Shown here: in pieces, positions 1 through 13,316 of the stretch
How positions within the stretch are numbered: position 1 is the stretch's first letter
Layout of the letters: each line of letters opens with the position of its first letter
Assembly: GCA_002104905.1 (NCBI GenBank)
Contig: MCFE01000020.1
Location: 180,100 to 244,099, forward strand
Direction: 5' to 3'
Length of the DNA stretch: 64,000 nt
DNA from: Basidiobolus meristosporus CBS 931.73
Taxonomy: Eukaryota; Fungi; Basidiobolomycota
Program-made: the position numbers and the translations under genes
Notes under the pieces: model-generated
Told to the model about the DNA's origin: nothing
The model's database searches: none
The model's input: only the letters and a program-made list of their open reading frames with translations

Positions 1-1733
1 TGCTGCAATTGACATATTTCTATCACCTCAGCTTTACGGCTTTTTAGTGTGATACTTGCAAAGTTGCCATATACATTGTACTACTGGTAACATATACATC
101 TTGCAAATATATGCCTGGTTGTTGCCACTTTGGCCATGAATACCTCCTGAATATCTGCAAAGAGCTTCTTGGTATTTAGCCAATATATTCCTTCTCCCAG
201 CTGGATTCTAGTCCCCCTTATAGGTGCGCTCTGGCTTTTGTTTGTGTGAATCCCATACTGAATGGTGTAGAAGTTGGCTTGTGACCATTAGAAATCTGGC
301 TTATCTTGGTAGAGTTTTCCTGATAAAAACTAGTTGCTTGTTACACCCAACCCAACTTTGTATTACTTAACTGAATACCCATGCATTGGGGCTGCATAGC
401 TTCATAATACCATAGGCATAGGTGTCTCCATGTGCACATTTGTCCTCAGTATTTTCCAACTCTTCCTGGCTATCCCACATGTGGCAACTCATTACATACA
501 TGAAAGACTTGAAGGTAATATTCTTGATTAGATTGGGAAATGGCAGTACCTGCAATGTGACTTGTCTTCCTATCTCCCCACACATCTGCTCCATAAGAAA
601 CTCCCAAAAGGTGAGGCAAGGCCCAATGTTTTCAATATACCAAGCAAGATGGAGTAGCTTTTGTGCTTTCTCTCTGCGGAAAGACAATGTTCTGTAAGTT
701 GAGATTTGGGTAATAATAATGTGTGTGAGTTATGGAGTAAGTCACCTGGACCTCACACTTTTGACAGCTATACCATCCATTGGGCCCAGAAAAGCAAGTA
801 TCTTGCTGATGGTTGGGTTATCTTCAGTGCAGATAGTCACATGAGCTTTAACATGGTGGCCATTTACTGTTATCCTAATGGAAAGCATACAAATGCATCC
901 AGCAATAGATACCTGTAGCTATCCAGGTTTGATGGCAATATTGGCCTATATACCAGTGAGACTACCCTCAGATTTCTGCTCTGAGGCTGTAAAATAGGTG
1001 GCAGATTCAGGTTGATGAGAATCAGTGGTCAGCAGGATTTGCTGGTAAAGTAGTTGTTTAGTGAGAATCCATTAGGTGCCATGGCAAAGGCATGGTCATA
1101 TACCTTCAAAGTAGCCCTTATTTCTTGGCTGTTTGTGATGTCTGCTATCACATATATTGGATATGTTTGAGCTTGATTGATACTGAGTGTGATACTTTTT
1201 AGCATAACCATATTTGTTGGACCTCATAAGCCTCTTTGGATGGGGTATTACTAGAATATATCCAGAGTGTGAACAATGTTTGCCCCCAATAGTGGTGGAT
1301 TCCTGACAACTTGGACACCTTGCAATGGTGGCATTTTCTGATGTGAATGACATGCAACTGTTAACACATGCCAGTATCAGGTCAGTTTCTAGGTCATATG
1401 TTGCCATCCACATGACCATTTTCCACTTGTACCATGTACATGGTAGGTTGTATCCCAGGATGATCTTGTCAAGAAGTGGTAGTAAACCCACAATGCCCCT
1501 ATTATTGAAATAAGTGGAAATTCACCACTTATCTAGCTACAGCATCATATTATTCACCAATAGATGGATTACTTGGCTTACCTGACCCTGTAGAGTGTTC
1601 TTGGCATTTTTTCCATGGGTGCTGTTTCATTACATGGTGGAATTTTGCCAGGCCCATGCAGGATACTGTTATTAGTGAAGATAGGTTCACAATCCATTTG
1701 TGAGCCTGCTTTTTCAGATGTATCACTCTGCAT
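1..1733 (-). mobile_element. Degenerate CACTA/EnSpm-like (Tnp2-family) DNA transposon transposase remnant, cut at its 5' side by a Gypsy LTR
   Basis: Minus-strand fragments 'YDLETDLILACVNSCMSFTSENATIARCPSCQES' (resembles C-x-NSC..FT...CPxC), '...DNPTISKILAFLG' and 'LLHLAWYIENIGPCLTFWEFLMEQMCG' (resembles HL...I...GP...W.F.MER.CG) in the expected order; many stops; CpG-depleted. Confidence 0.65.
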
Positions 1734-2714
1734 TGTAGTGTGGTCACAGTGACACCCACTAACAGATGTGCTCATTCCTATATTTTCTACTTCCCTATTT
1801 TGCTACTGCACTTATTTTAGTTGTATCCCATTTGTCTTACCTGATCAGTACTATCTCATAAGCCAGTGACTATCATATCTGCTTACCTTATTGCATAAGT
1901 TATCCCTCACTTTATGTAGATCACTAGCTGTAAGTGCCTTTACATTAGGCAAGTACCTGCACCAGTACCAGTGACACCTGATCAACCCATGACACCATCC
2001 CTACCATTTCCATACCATATATGGTATCCCTATGCTACACAGGTTCCAGGGTACTGATTCCTGATTGGTAGAATGGGCTGTGCCTCTTAGCACCATCTGG
2101 CACCCACTTAGAACATTTTTAGGTCATTCTGATGTCATTATGATTTCTATTGATACCCAGAACCTTCTGGAACAACATGGTTAGTATTCACTTAGCCAGT
2201 AAGAAAAGTATATATGGGAGGCTATCCCTCAACAATAAATCATCATCCTTTTTATCAATATACAAACTTGTGGATTAGTGTGATCACTGCTACCTGCTGC
2301 TACCTGAGCTTCCAACCCCAGACCAGAGGATGCTACCAGGAAACCGCACCAACAGCCAACTGACCTTGGAGGCACTGCTTGTGAGGAATACTCAGAGTAG
2401 GTATCTTTTATTATGTTTGATTCTTTCCCAAGTTTGCTCTTGTACAGGCAAAGATACTTTTCTGTCTTTGTAACTATTGAGCACAGCTGCATTCTTATCA
2501 AGTCCCTGCTGGTGGAGTTTAGAGTTGTTTTGACTTTGGAAGCTTTAATATATTGTCATCCCAAAGGACGCTGAACCCAGCACATACTTTTGTTAAGATG
2601 CCAACTAAGTTGGGGATTGTAGCTCAATAGTTTTTCCTTGACAAGCTTGTGGCTTTATTCCCCATCACATTAGATTAGAGACAGAACCCAAATATTCCTA
2701 GCAAGCTTTTGCCA
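1734..2714 (+). repeat. Gypsy family-1 5' LTR (~980 bp, TG...CA)
   Basis: Starts TGTAGTG, ends TTTTGCCA; TATA-like AAGTATATATG ~2207 followed by AATAAA ~2235; same sequence at 11841-12583, 13877-14859 (minus) and 17801-18719. Confidence 0.85.
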
Positions 2715-2941
2715 GAGGTTATTGCAGTCAGTGAACACCCTACATACAAAACACTTGAGAAGTGTTGGACGTATCTCTCCCCTAGACTTATACACCACCA
2801 CATATTTGGCACACTACATGGGGGGCTCATACAAGCTCCCTAGGACCCAACAAGATTTATCTGAAGATTCGAGCTGTTATCCACTTATTGAAAGAGACCA
2901 CCAATATTATCAAGATTACAACACCAACCTACCTGCCCAAA

Positions 2942-5900
2942 ATGAGCTCTATGCCATTACTTCTCTCACATGGAGCCCTACAGTTTGATGGAAAGAATGT
3001 GAAAAGCTTCATATTCAAATGGGAGAAGCTCTGCAAGATGTGCAGCCTATCTGAACAAGAAATGGCTGAAGATTTCCCCTACTATTGCACCAAAGAATTT
3101 ACCACTAAGCTTTTCAGACAAGGAGACATTCTCACTGATTGAGCCTTAATGAAGACCTATCTACAGACCAAGTATGGTAGACCCCAGATATACTATAGAA
3201 TTGAAGACCTCAGACACTTTTGTAGGACTGGACTTTCCAAGCTACCACTTGAAGAGTTCATTCAACAGTATGAAGATATGGCCAAGCCACTCCTAGAGTC
3301 CCAGGCTATAACTGAGTTTACCATGACACTTTACCTTGCTCAAGGGCTTCCCCAGGACTTGGCAAGGAAAGTTGACTTACATGCAGCCAAGGATGACAAG
3401 TCTGGCATTTCATGCTTTGCAGAGATGAAACATATTCTCCTAGAGGCAATGTAAACTTCCACCTTCATGAGACTTCTGAAGCCTAATCTGCCAGGCAAAT
3501 CAGCCAAGGAACCAAGGAGTGCTGTTGCTGACTATCAGACTTACACTACCAACAGAATTGATTAACTTGCTGAACAGCTACAAAAGCTAGCCCTCAAGAT
3601 TGATGGCTCAGCTGTAGTAGCTACTGAGGGCTAAAGACCTTTGCCCAGACACTACATCTGGTGTGACTATACTCAGCATGAAAGAAGAGAATGCTTAGAG
3701 CTTAGTCAGCTACCCAGAGAAGGAGCTGTGCAGTTTGATGCTGATGGAATGCTTGCTGACAGGGAAAGAAGAAGGATACCCACCTATTTCCAAAGAGGAG
3801 AGATGAGAGCTCTTTTCCAGAAATCTTACTGAGCAGCCAGAAAGATTGATGTTGATGCCCCTATTGGGACTCATACAGTGAATCCAAGCAGCCCTGACAA
3901 TAGACAATACAAAGTTGATGCCTTTGCTACCAAAAGTCACCTCCCTGAAGAGCTGCCAAACCCTTCCTTAGAAAACCACAATTTGAAGAGCCTGAGCTTA
4001 TCATTGGCAAGAAGCCTGGTATACTGCCCACCCAAGACCCATTGCCTCACTTTCAGATGACCTCAGCAATAGTAAGCTACTCAAGCCCTCAACTGATTAC
4101 TGAGGAGCTGCAGAAGCAGAACCTCACTTTGTTGGTTGAAGAAATCATGAGTGTATCACCATCTGTTAGGAAGACCTTTGACAAGCAGCTTAGAAGAAGA
4201 CAACAAGCTGTTGAGCATATGGACACCCATATAGCTCAGATAAGCCATGAAAACCACCAAAAGGATGACAACACTACTGAATATAGGCCCTTTTACTCAG
4301 TTGCAACTGCTATGGTGAAAGGGTGTATATATGATGGCCCTGTTGACTGCCATATTGACAGGGGTTCAGAAATTTGTATTATGCTGCTGGACTTCTGGAA
4401 AACACTTGGAAGCAAGGAGCTACTGCCTGTTGATAGAGATATTGGATGGAACATGACTGATGCAAGCTCAGGATCTAGTCCACTCTATGATGTAGTGCAC
4501 AAGTTCCCTATTGAGGTCCAAGGAATCAAGGTTTGGCTTCCCCTCTTCATCTGCCAGAAGGCAAACTTTGACCTTCTGCTAGGTGGACCATGGAAGACCA
4601 GTACTAAGGCTACAACCATCAATTATTCCAATGGGTCAGTGTGCTACACTGTACAAGGATCAAGCCCAGCGCCACAGTCAATATTCTGTGGTGTAACACC
4701 CAACAATAAGAGGACACATACTGCTTGCCAAAAGACACATCTTGTTATGGAAGAAGATGAGGAGCCTGACAATATTCACCCCAACATTTGGAGCTGCTTG
4801 TTAGGTAAACAGGAGCAAATAGCTGTGGTTCAAACAAAATACAAGTCGGTAGAACAGAAGATTAAACCATCACTTACACCTTTGACTGATGGATCTTGTC
4901 CTGCTGATTACATCAGACAACCAGAAGAAACACCAGAAGATATACAGCTCACACCTGAGAGACTTAAGCAACTTATTATTGGTGATGGAAACCTAACACC
5001 AGAGGAGATCTTATTAATAGAAAAAACCCTGAAAAGACAAGATACAGTTTTCTCATACAAGGAGATGGGGCTCTTAAAGACATTGCTTTAAAAACCCATC
5101 AAGATTCATACAGTGCCCCACACACTCTGGTCATTTAAGCCTTACCCACTACCCAGAGGACTTCAAGCTGATGTGCATGACCCACTTAAGAAGAAGATAG
5201 AAGCTGGTATCCTAGAACCATTCCATGGACCTTATGCTAACAGATGGTTTGTGACTAAAAAGAAGCAGGGAAAGCTCCAATTCATTCAAGACATGCAACC
5301 TGCAAATGCTGTCACTATCAGAGATGCTGCTATACCTCCATCTATTTATGAACTTGCAGAAAGCTTTAGTGGCCACTCCATCTGCTCAACATACAATCTC
5401 TACTCAGGACATGACCAGATCCCTCTTGACAAGACATCAAGAGATATATTTGCACTGCAGGCACCATTTGGACTGTTAAAGATGACAAGACTCAGCCAAG
5501 GGGCTACAAGCTCTGTGGCTCAGTTCCAGAGATGTATGGTGAATGTACTGTACCAGTTTAAGTCTGAGAAACCTGCTGTCTTTGTTGGTGACATAGGCAT
5601 TAAAGGACTAAAATTCTGGGACACCACTGAAGTTATGCCTGGAGTAAGAAAGTTTGTCTATGACCATATTTCAGACAATGATGCCACATTACAAGCCATT
5701 GAAGAAGCTGGACTCACCATCAGTGGTGAGAAAAGCAGCTTTGGTGTATCAGAGATATCCATTGTTGAACAAAAATGCAACACCTTTGGTTGTTCACCTG
5801 GAGACTCCAAGACACAAAAGATATGCAACTAGCCTACTTGCACAAATCTAACACAAGCTTGTGGCTTTGTGGGAGCTTGTGGGTTCTTTACAATCTGGAT

Positions 5901-7707
5901 CCCAAGATATTCTGAGATAGCAGAACCAATCTACCATCTACAGAGAAAGGATACCCCATTTATCTGGGGAGAAGAGCAAGAAGAAGCCATGTAATTACTA
6001 AAAGAGGCCTTAGTATCTCCACCAGCTCTAAAACCTCTTGACTATTGGAACACTGAATGCCTGCCTATTTTGACAGTGGACGCAAGCCCTATAGGAGCTG
6101 GAGCACTATTTGGCAAAGTTGATGAAGATGGCAACTGCTATGCCTGCAGATACAAGAGCTGCCTATTCTCTCCTAGAGAACAAAGATACTCACAGATTAA
6201 GAGAGAGCTACTAGGAGTTGTGAGGATGCTGAGGAAGCTGAATTCACAACTCTACATGACACATTTCATCCAGGAGACAGATGCCAAGCCACTTATAGGA
6301 ATGATCAACAAGCCTGACCTACCTGAGGATGCCACAAACCAATGGATGGCATGCTGTAAATGTATGACTTTGAGGTCAGAAATATCCCTGGCAAGACAAA
6401 TGTTGTGGCTAATGCACTCTCCGGGAAGGGACCACAATTATTTGAAGACTTGGACCCTCACTTTGATGATATCAATGGTGCAGAGATCCAACAGATTGCC
6501 ATCAAAAACAAGGAGAGAACTACCTGGAGTCTGATCAAGGAATATCTAAGGACACTCAAGAGACCTAGTTGGATGGAAATTTAGGAGTTTGGAAAACTCA
6601 GAAAGAAGGCACACCGCTACTATCTCACAGATGATCTCTTTACACTAGTGAAGCCTGGACTTATGCCAAGAAGAGTAGTCACTACCCCGCAAGAGCAACT
6701 GAACATCATGACAAGTATCCACCAAGGAGAACCAGGAGGACATAGAGGACAAGAAGCTACCTACAATACCACAGCTCAGAGGTAATACTGGGAAGTATGT
6801 ACTATGATATCAAACACTTTGCTGAGTCATGTGTAGCCTACCAGAAGAGATCCTCTAAGGGTTATGAAGAACCACTGCATCCTACTTAAACAATCTGTCT
6901 ATGGCAAAAGGTTGGTTTTGACCTTGTCCACATGCCAACAGCTGGATAAAAAAAGTACCTGATTGCTGCTAGAGATGATCTTGGTGGATGGGCAGAGGCT
7001 TGAGCCTTGCCCAACAACAAGAGCAATACCATATGGAGATTAATACTTGAAGACATTATCTGCAGATTTGGCTTCATCCAGCAGTTTGTTGCTGACAGAG
7101 GAGAGATGACATCCCAAATGATTCAGGAGTTATGCTCAGGGTACAAGATACACATTGCTTTTACTACAGCTTACCACCCTCAAGCCAATGGAATGATAGA
7201 GAGAGGACATGGACCATTGGTGAGCTCTCTTATCAAGACCTGTGAGAATAGCACAACACTGTGGCTACAGCAATTACATCTTGCACTCTGGGCAGATAGA
7301 ATTATTACCAAGTGAGCAACTGGATTATTGCCATTTAAGCTGCTCTATGGACATGACTGCATACTACCAGTTGAGTTAGACACAGTAACATGGAATTCAT
7401 TGAATTGGAGATCCAATATGCAGACTGAAGACCTCCTTGCTACTTTCATACAGCAACTTGATCACCATGACTTGAATATCAACAGAGCAGCTGAGCAACT
7501 TAAGGATACATGACTGAGGAAAAAAGTGCCCTTTGACAAGTCACACTCAACAAGACCAAAACCACTACCACTAGGAGACCCAGCACTGCTCTTTGACTCC
7601 ACCTTGGACAAAAAATGGAGTTGGAAGTTTGACAACAAATGGACTGGCCCCTACATCATTTCCAAGGTGATTGGGAATGTAAGCTACTACATATCTGAGC
7701 TTGATAA
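2942..7707 (+). pseudogene. Disrupted Gypsy gag-pol (gag with CCHC-like knuckle, aspartic protease, RT, RNase H, integrase)
   Basis: 'QFDGKNVKSFIFKWEKLC'; protease 'HIDRGSEIC'; RT 'GPYANRWFV..KK..GKLQFIQD', 'LYSGHDQ', 'TRLSQGATSSVAQFQR'; RH 'TVDASPIGAGA', 'YSQIKRELLG'; IN 'VADRGE', 'TTAYHPQANGMIERGH'; multiple stops and frameshifts. Confidence 0.92.
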
Positions 7708-10700
7708 TGCTGTAATTATTAAGTTGTCACCAAAATACTCATGCAAATTAGTCATATAAATCTTATTCTTTGATTAGCATTCTGACCTGACCAAATTTCT
7801 TGTTGCGATTTACTTGGAATATTTTCACCAAATTATCAGGTACCCAGATTGTGATCTTTCTCAAAGTTGTCCAAAAGCCCCCAAACTTTGCACACATATT
7901 CTTGGGACCTTCCTTAACAAGCTCTACATGTTTTTTTGCTCTACTCTATTAAAAGTATAAATACAATACTTTTGATCAATAAATCAACAAGTGAATAACA
8001 TGCAAATCCTCTAGTTCTCCACATCACTTCCATTACTCCTCAGAATATTGCAACAGGCTATGAGCTCAAAGCTTGCTGTCCTCTTGGTGTCTACTTTGCT
8101 TTGGATTCTTTTCTGCTAGTCTGGAGGAAGACTTTCTGCACTATTGCTCTGCCAATGTCAAAGACAACCACCGCTGCTACAGGACTATTTTTATGAAGTT
8201 ATTGCTGTGGAGAAGAAGGCCGTGCCTTCAAAAGTGTCATTCAGTTACTACTCAAGCTGGCTATGAAGGAGAGTCTATCAATTTGACATATAAATGTGTC
8301 CTGAAATATAGTATGTTGGTGCTCTACCACTACTGAAGAAAATTGCGTAATTCCAGCAATTGAGGGTCCAGATCAACAATGAAGTATATGCTATATGTAT
8401 TCATATGACCTCAATTGGCTGTTAGACAAGCTTTTGGATAGGATATTATCCTGAATTGCAAAAAGAAATAGATCATCACTAAATGATTGCCGGAGAAAGA
8501 CTTTACCAAATCTGTTGCCACTCAAAATAAGGCTGACAATGCAAATACTGGAGCTGTTAACCACCATTTTGGACTACATATTAATGGAAAATGATCTCCG
8601 AAACAAGCTCCCTGAATTGTAAGGATCCCAATGATACATATATATCAACCTGGAGTATGGGTATGTACTACACAATCCATTGGAAGAATACTATAGTTGT
8701 ATCAAGTGTTTTGATACTGAAACCAGTGTACCAGGAGCTAAATATGGAGCTATTAGATGTGCTATCACTCTGTTTAAGTCTCAAAACAGTGAGAGAATAT
8801 ATTATACAAATTTAGCAGAATCAACTCAAGAAGATTCTACCACAAGCCTAAGGAGTGAAGCATATAGTTGCAAGCCTGATTGGAGTATACAACCAAGCAA
8901 CAGTTGGTGAGTACACAGCTAAGAGCCACTCAGAAGATAACATAGTACTTTATACTTGTTACATATATATCACTTATTACAGTTGGAGAAAACACTTGGT
9001 GCCATTTTATTCCCTGGATCAGATCAGGAGAATTGTGATCAATCAAGTCACTGCCAAGCTCTGCAACACAGGATACTGATATAATGGAGTCTGAAACCAA
9101 AATACTGATGAAGCTAGCTATCAAATGCAGTTCATTTGATCAAATTTGGTCAACTCTATCAAAGGTTACAACTGTTCTAAGTGGATGCCAATTTTGATTA
9201 TTTCACTCTCAAGTAGTCAGATATTCTGGAACAATGATGTCATGGAGACTCTTGTGCTCAAAAACACCGTGGTCCCCCCTGCAAGGAAGTCCAGAACCAC
9301 CCCACAAAAGGAATTATCCCTGGGTCATCAGAAAAAAAGAAAAGAAGAAAAAATGGAAAATACAACTACTGCAAACTAGGGTGCTTCCCACATGAAGCCA
9401 AAGCTTATATAGGCCATATTTGGACTATCTGGCAGTGTGGATTTGCTCTATGGAGCCTCTTGTATAAAGTTCTTGAGCCAGAATCCCCAAAAGAGCCTTG
9501 AAACTTCAACAGGATCTGTTGGATATTGTAGTATATGTTGGAACAGATTATTTGATGCAGAAGTGCTGATGGCTGCTGTCTATGGAGCTGAAAGAAAAAG
9601 GTGCAAGGATCAACCAAGATGGTCTTATGAATTCTGCAGACACTGAGGAGATCAGTTAGCCTTTCAGACCAAGCTCAATGTTGAAAATAACTATCAGGAG
9701 AACAAGGATAATCAAAGCCCTTGTTAAGGAGAATCTCACTTCTGAAAAAGTACCAATCTCTATTCTACAAGTATATCCAGATAAGACAAAAGCAGCTGTA
9801 TCAGTCCAAATCAGTAGAAGTACTTTAAGAATAGCTACCAAATAACCTATGGTGTTGTCCAATACCAAACTGGGTAAAGCAAGAAGCAAATGGCCTTTAA
9901 ATCTATTGCAAATGAAGTAATCAGTGCAAAGAAAGTTATTGCTACATAAAGACAAAAATGACCATTCTAGATCATTTTTGTGGATTTGAGTCACTAAACA
10001 GACATGGTTCAAGTAGGAGTAGGCCATCCCAGCTCAGAGTTGAGCAAAAACCATCATTTTTGGCCATTTCATATGTGCCACAGTGCCAGGAAACAAGTAT
10101 AATCTGGATCAGGCTTAAATGACAAAACTTTAACTTGACCCAAAGTAGGTCACTATTTTTACCTCATATAGCATCTATATGATGGAAGTAATTGTCTCTG
10201 AGCCTAATACAGACACACAGTGAAGTTGTCTAAATAGATTAGACTGTTGGCCGGAAATAAGGAAACTCCAGATCTGCCATAAATGACAAAACCTTTACTT
10301 AACCAAAAGTGGGTCAATTTTGCCCAAATAAGAAGCATTGGATAGCCCAGAGGCTATATATCATTAATTACTCAGCGTATTATTTAAGCCCGTACAACTG
10401 ATCAAAGCTGATGATTAGTATTATGATCAGATCATTCAGATTTTTAAGGCATACTACCAAGTAGATATACACATTGAATACCAAGCTACTTGCTCAGTTA
10501 AGTTGAGCACAAATGCATACACTGTTGGATAATGTATTAGTCCACTACGCAACACAGCTAAATTTTATTTGCATATTAGACTTGTTCCATTGGATAGTGC
10601 CACATTGAGCCATGAGTGCCAAATGATGCCATAGTGTGCCAGAGAGGTCAAGTGAACCTATACTTGGCCACAGAGTGTGAAACATAGCTCTGCATCTTCA

Positions 10701-11720
10701 TTCAAAGCAGCCCCTGTGTTTCACCCATTGTGCAGGAGAAAATCCATTTTTTGACCTTTTTTTGTGGATCAATTTAGCTCAGGATGTGTAAGAGCACACA
10801 AGAACTGAAGATATGCATCTGGTACTCAATACCCATGGCACTCTGAATCTAGCTCCTGTAGCTTGTATCATATCACAAAAATGAATGGCACTATCTTGGT
10901 CCACTGGTACTATCTGGCACTATATTTAAATATTAGCCCGAAAGTAAGATCTATACAAAGCACTTATAGTGCCAGATAGTACCAGTGGACCGAGATAGTG
11001 CCATTCATTTTTGTGATATGATACAAGCTACAGGAGCTAGATTCAGAGTGCCATGGGTATTGAGTACCAGATGCATATCTTCAATCTGCTTGTGCTCCAA
11101 CACATCCTGCACAACATTGATCCAAAAAAAAAAGGTCAAAAAATGGATTTTCTCTAACACCAAGGGTCAAACACAGGGGCTGCTTTGAATGAAGATGTGG
11201 AGCTATGTTTTACACTCTGTGGCCAGGTAGAGGCTCACTTGGCCTCTCTGGCACACTATGGCATCATTTGGCACTCATGGCTCAATGTGGCACTATCCAA
11301 CGGAACAAGTCTATTACAGATTGCACTCTCAATATTTATTTATTACTCATGAATATTTTGTTGAGTGGAAGTGTTATGATTATTAAGTTGTCACCAAAAT
11401 ATTCATGCTAAATTAGTCACATAGATCTTATTCTTTGATTAGCATTCTGACCTGACCAAATTTCTTGTTGGGATTTACTTGGAATATTTTCACCAAATTA
11501 TCAGGTACCCAGATTGTGATCTTTCTCAAAGTTGTCCAAAAGCCCCCAAACTTTGCACACATATTCTTGGGACCTTCCTTAACAAGCACAACATGCTTGT
11601 TTGCTCTACTTTATCAAAAGTATAAATACAATACTTTTGATCAATAAATCTACAAGTGAATAACATGTAAATCCTCTAGTTCTCAACATCACTTCTAATA
11701 CTCCTCAGAATATTGCAACA
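7708..11720 (+). mobile_element. Heavily decayed Ty1/Copia element with both LTRs (7708-8055, 11372-11720) and a 5-bp TSD
   Basis: Two ~350-bp direct repeats TG...CAACA; GATAA on both flanks (7703-7707, 11721-11725); degenerate half-tRNA PBS GGCTATGAGCTC at 8056; purine tract before the 3' LTR; only faint integrase-like remnants inside. Confidence 0.85.
10578..11312. mobile_element. Palindromic non-autonomous TIR element (MITE/foldback) with ATT target-site duplication
   Basis: Arms 10578-10924 and 10965-11312 are reverse complements (~347 bp each, scattered mismatches) around a 40-bp spacer; termini AGACTTGTTCC...GGAACAAGTCT; ATT on both sides. Confidence 0.85.
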
Positions 11721-11840
11721 GATAACACCCAGTTGAGAGCACCAGTTGCAGGAAACCAACTAAAGTTATTCTAGCATAGGAATCTTGCACATCAAGATTA
11801 GTTTGCTTTGACCCAAGCTAAAAGGTGAGAGGGGGGTGGA

Positions 11841-12583
11841 TGTAGTGGGATTACAGTGACACCCACTGACAGATATGCTCATTCCAATATTTTCTACTTC
11901 CCTATTTCTCTACAGCACTTATTTAGTTTTATCCTGTTTGTCTTACCTGATCAATACTATCCCATAAGCCAGTTGACTATCACACCTGCTTACCTTATTG
12001 CATAAGCTATCCCCCACTTGATGTAAGATTACTAGCTGTAAGTGCCTCTATATTAGGCAACTACTAGAGCCAGTACCTGTGACATCTGGTTAACCCATGT
12101 CACCATCCCTACCATTTCCATACCATATATGGTATCTCTATGCTACACAGCTTTCAGGGTACTTATTCCTGATTGGTTGGATGTGCTGTGCCTCTTAGAA
12201 CCATCTGGCACCTACTTGAAACATTCTTAGGTCATTCTGATGTCATTAAGATTACTATTGATATCTGGGACCTTCTAGAACACCATGGTCATTATTCATT
12301 TAGCCAATAAGAAAAGTATATAAGGGAGGCTATCCCTCTACAATAGATCATCATCCCTTTATCAATATACCAACTGGGTGATTAGTGTGATCACTGCTAC
12401 CTGCAGCTACCTGAGCTTCCAACCCCAGACCTTGGGACACTCCCAGGAAACTGTGCTGACAGCCAACTGACCTTGGAGGCACTACTTGTGAGAAATATTC
12501 AGAGTTGGTAACTTTTATTATATTTGAATTTCCCAAGTTTGTTCTTGTACAGGCAAAGATACTTTTCTGACTCTGTAACTATT
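11841..12583 (+). repeat. Gypsy family-1 3' LTR, truncated
   Basis: Colinear with 1734-~2480; breaks at ...GTAACTATT where the other copies continue GAGCACAG. Confidence 0.85.
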
Positions 12584-12900
12584 AGACTTGATCCATTTTA
12601 GTGTGCCAGGGCATGTGGCACAATCAGCGGTTGTAAAGAACAACTGGGCACAATATTATAGCTACCAGAAGGCAGGAATGTTCTTGGACAACTTTGCACT
12701 ATGTGGGACAATCTTGCACACTATGGCACAATGAGGCTGGCATGGGTGATTGCACCAACTTGTATTGTCTGCATCACATGCACAATTGGATGCCGCTATT
12801 ATGGCAGGTAAGATCCGGTATTTGGATATGTTTCTTTAATGTAAATGGAAATATCTGTGTATCATACTACAAACTACACTGATACTTACCATTTTGGTTA
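12584..12900. mobile_element. Left end of a TIR DNA transposon related to the palindromic MITE
   Basis: ATT|AGACTTGATCCATT resembles ATT|AGACTTGTTCCATT; followed by GGCAC/GTGCC-rich subterminal motifs; right boundary uncertain. Confidence 0.55.
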
Positions 12901-13316
12901 CCATCTATCCAGTTGGACAACATATCAGTGGTTAATTGGTCCAAAAGTATCCTGAAGCTGGCAGCCCCCAATTGGCTCATTGACTATTAAACAAGCTACC
13001 TGATTTACCATCAAATATCTCATTTTGCCCATTGAGCAAGTAAATCCCTGATCCTAGTGATTGGACAAGGTGTAATAGGTAGCACACAAGCAATTGAGTA
13101 GGTGCAAAACAGACCCAATAGCTGCATTGGTATTACAGATGATGTATATACATGCAGGGTGTTTACTTATAGGGGTTCTGTCTCAAATGTGAGACAACTT
13201 TGATATTACTTATGTCAAAAATTTGATGATCACCAATTTGCAATGGCTCAACTAAGATTGCAAAAGAAATGTGTTGTTGGGATCATTACAAATAATAGCA
13301 ATTCAAAGCAATTGCA

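Larger units (their letters stand above)
1734..12583 (+). mobile_element. Ty3/Gypsy LTR retrotransposon copy 1 (5' LTR, gag-pol, 3' LTR), interrupted by a Copia element and truncated in the 3' LTR by a DNA-transposon end
   Basis: 5' LTR 1734-2714; gag/PR/RT/RH/IN motifs in Gypsy order; integrase reading resumes after the Copia insertion at 11721 ('TQLRAPVAGNQLKLF'); polypurine tract 11820-11840 (AAAAGGTGAGAGGGGGGTGGA) directly before the 3' LTR starting TGTAGTGG at 11841. Confidence 0.9.

Noticed and set aside
2229-2501. Recurring ~90-aa ORF 'MIRMQL...' (also 12351-12536 and 14090-14362)
   Set aside because: Lies antisense within LTR copies; recurrence follows from DNA repetition and no protein motif is evident
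10098-10316. Imperfect ~40-60 bp direct repeat (AAATGACAAAAC...GGTCA) 183 bp apart
   Set aside because: Only two degenerate copies inside decayed TE DNA; no termini or TSD found
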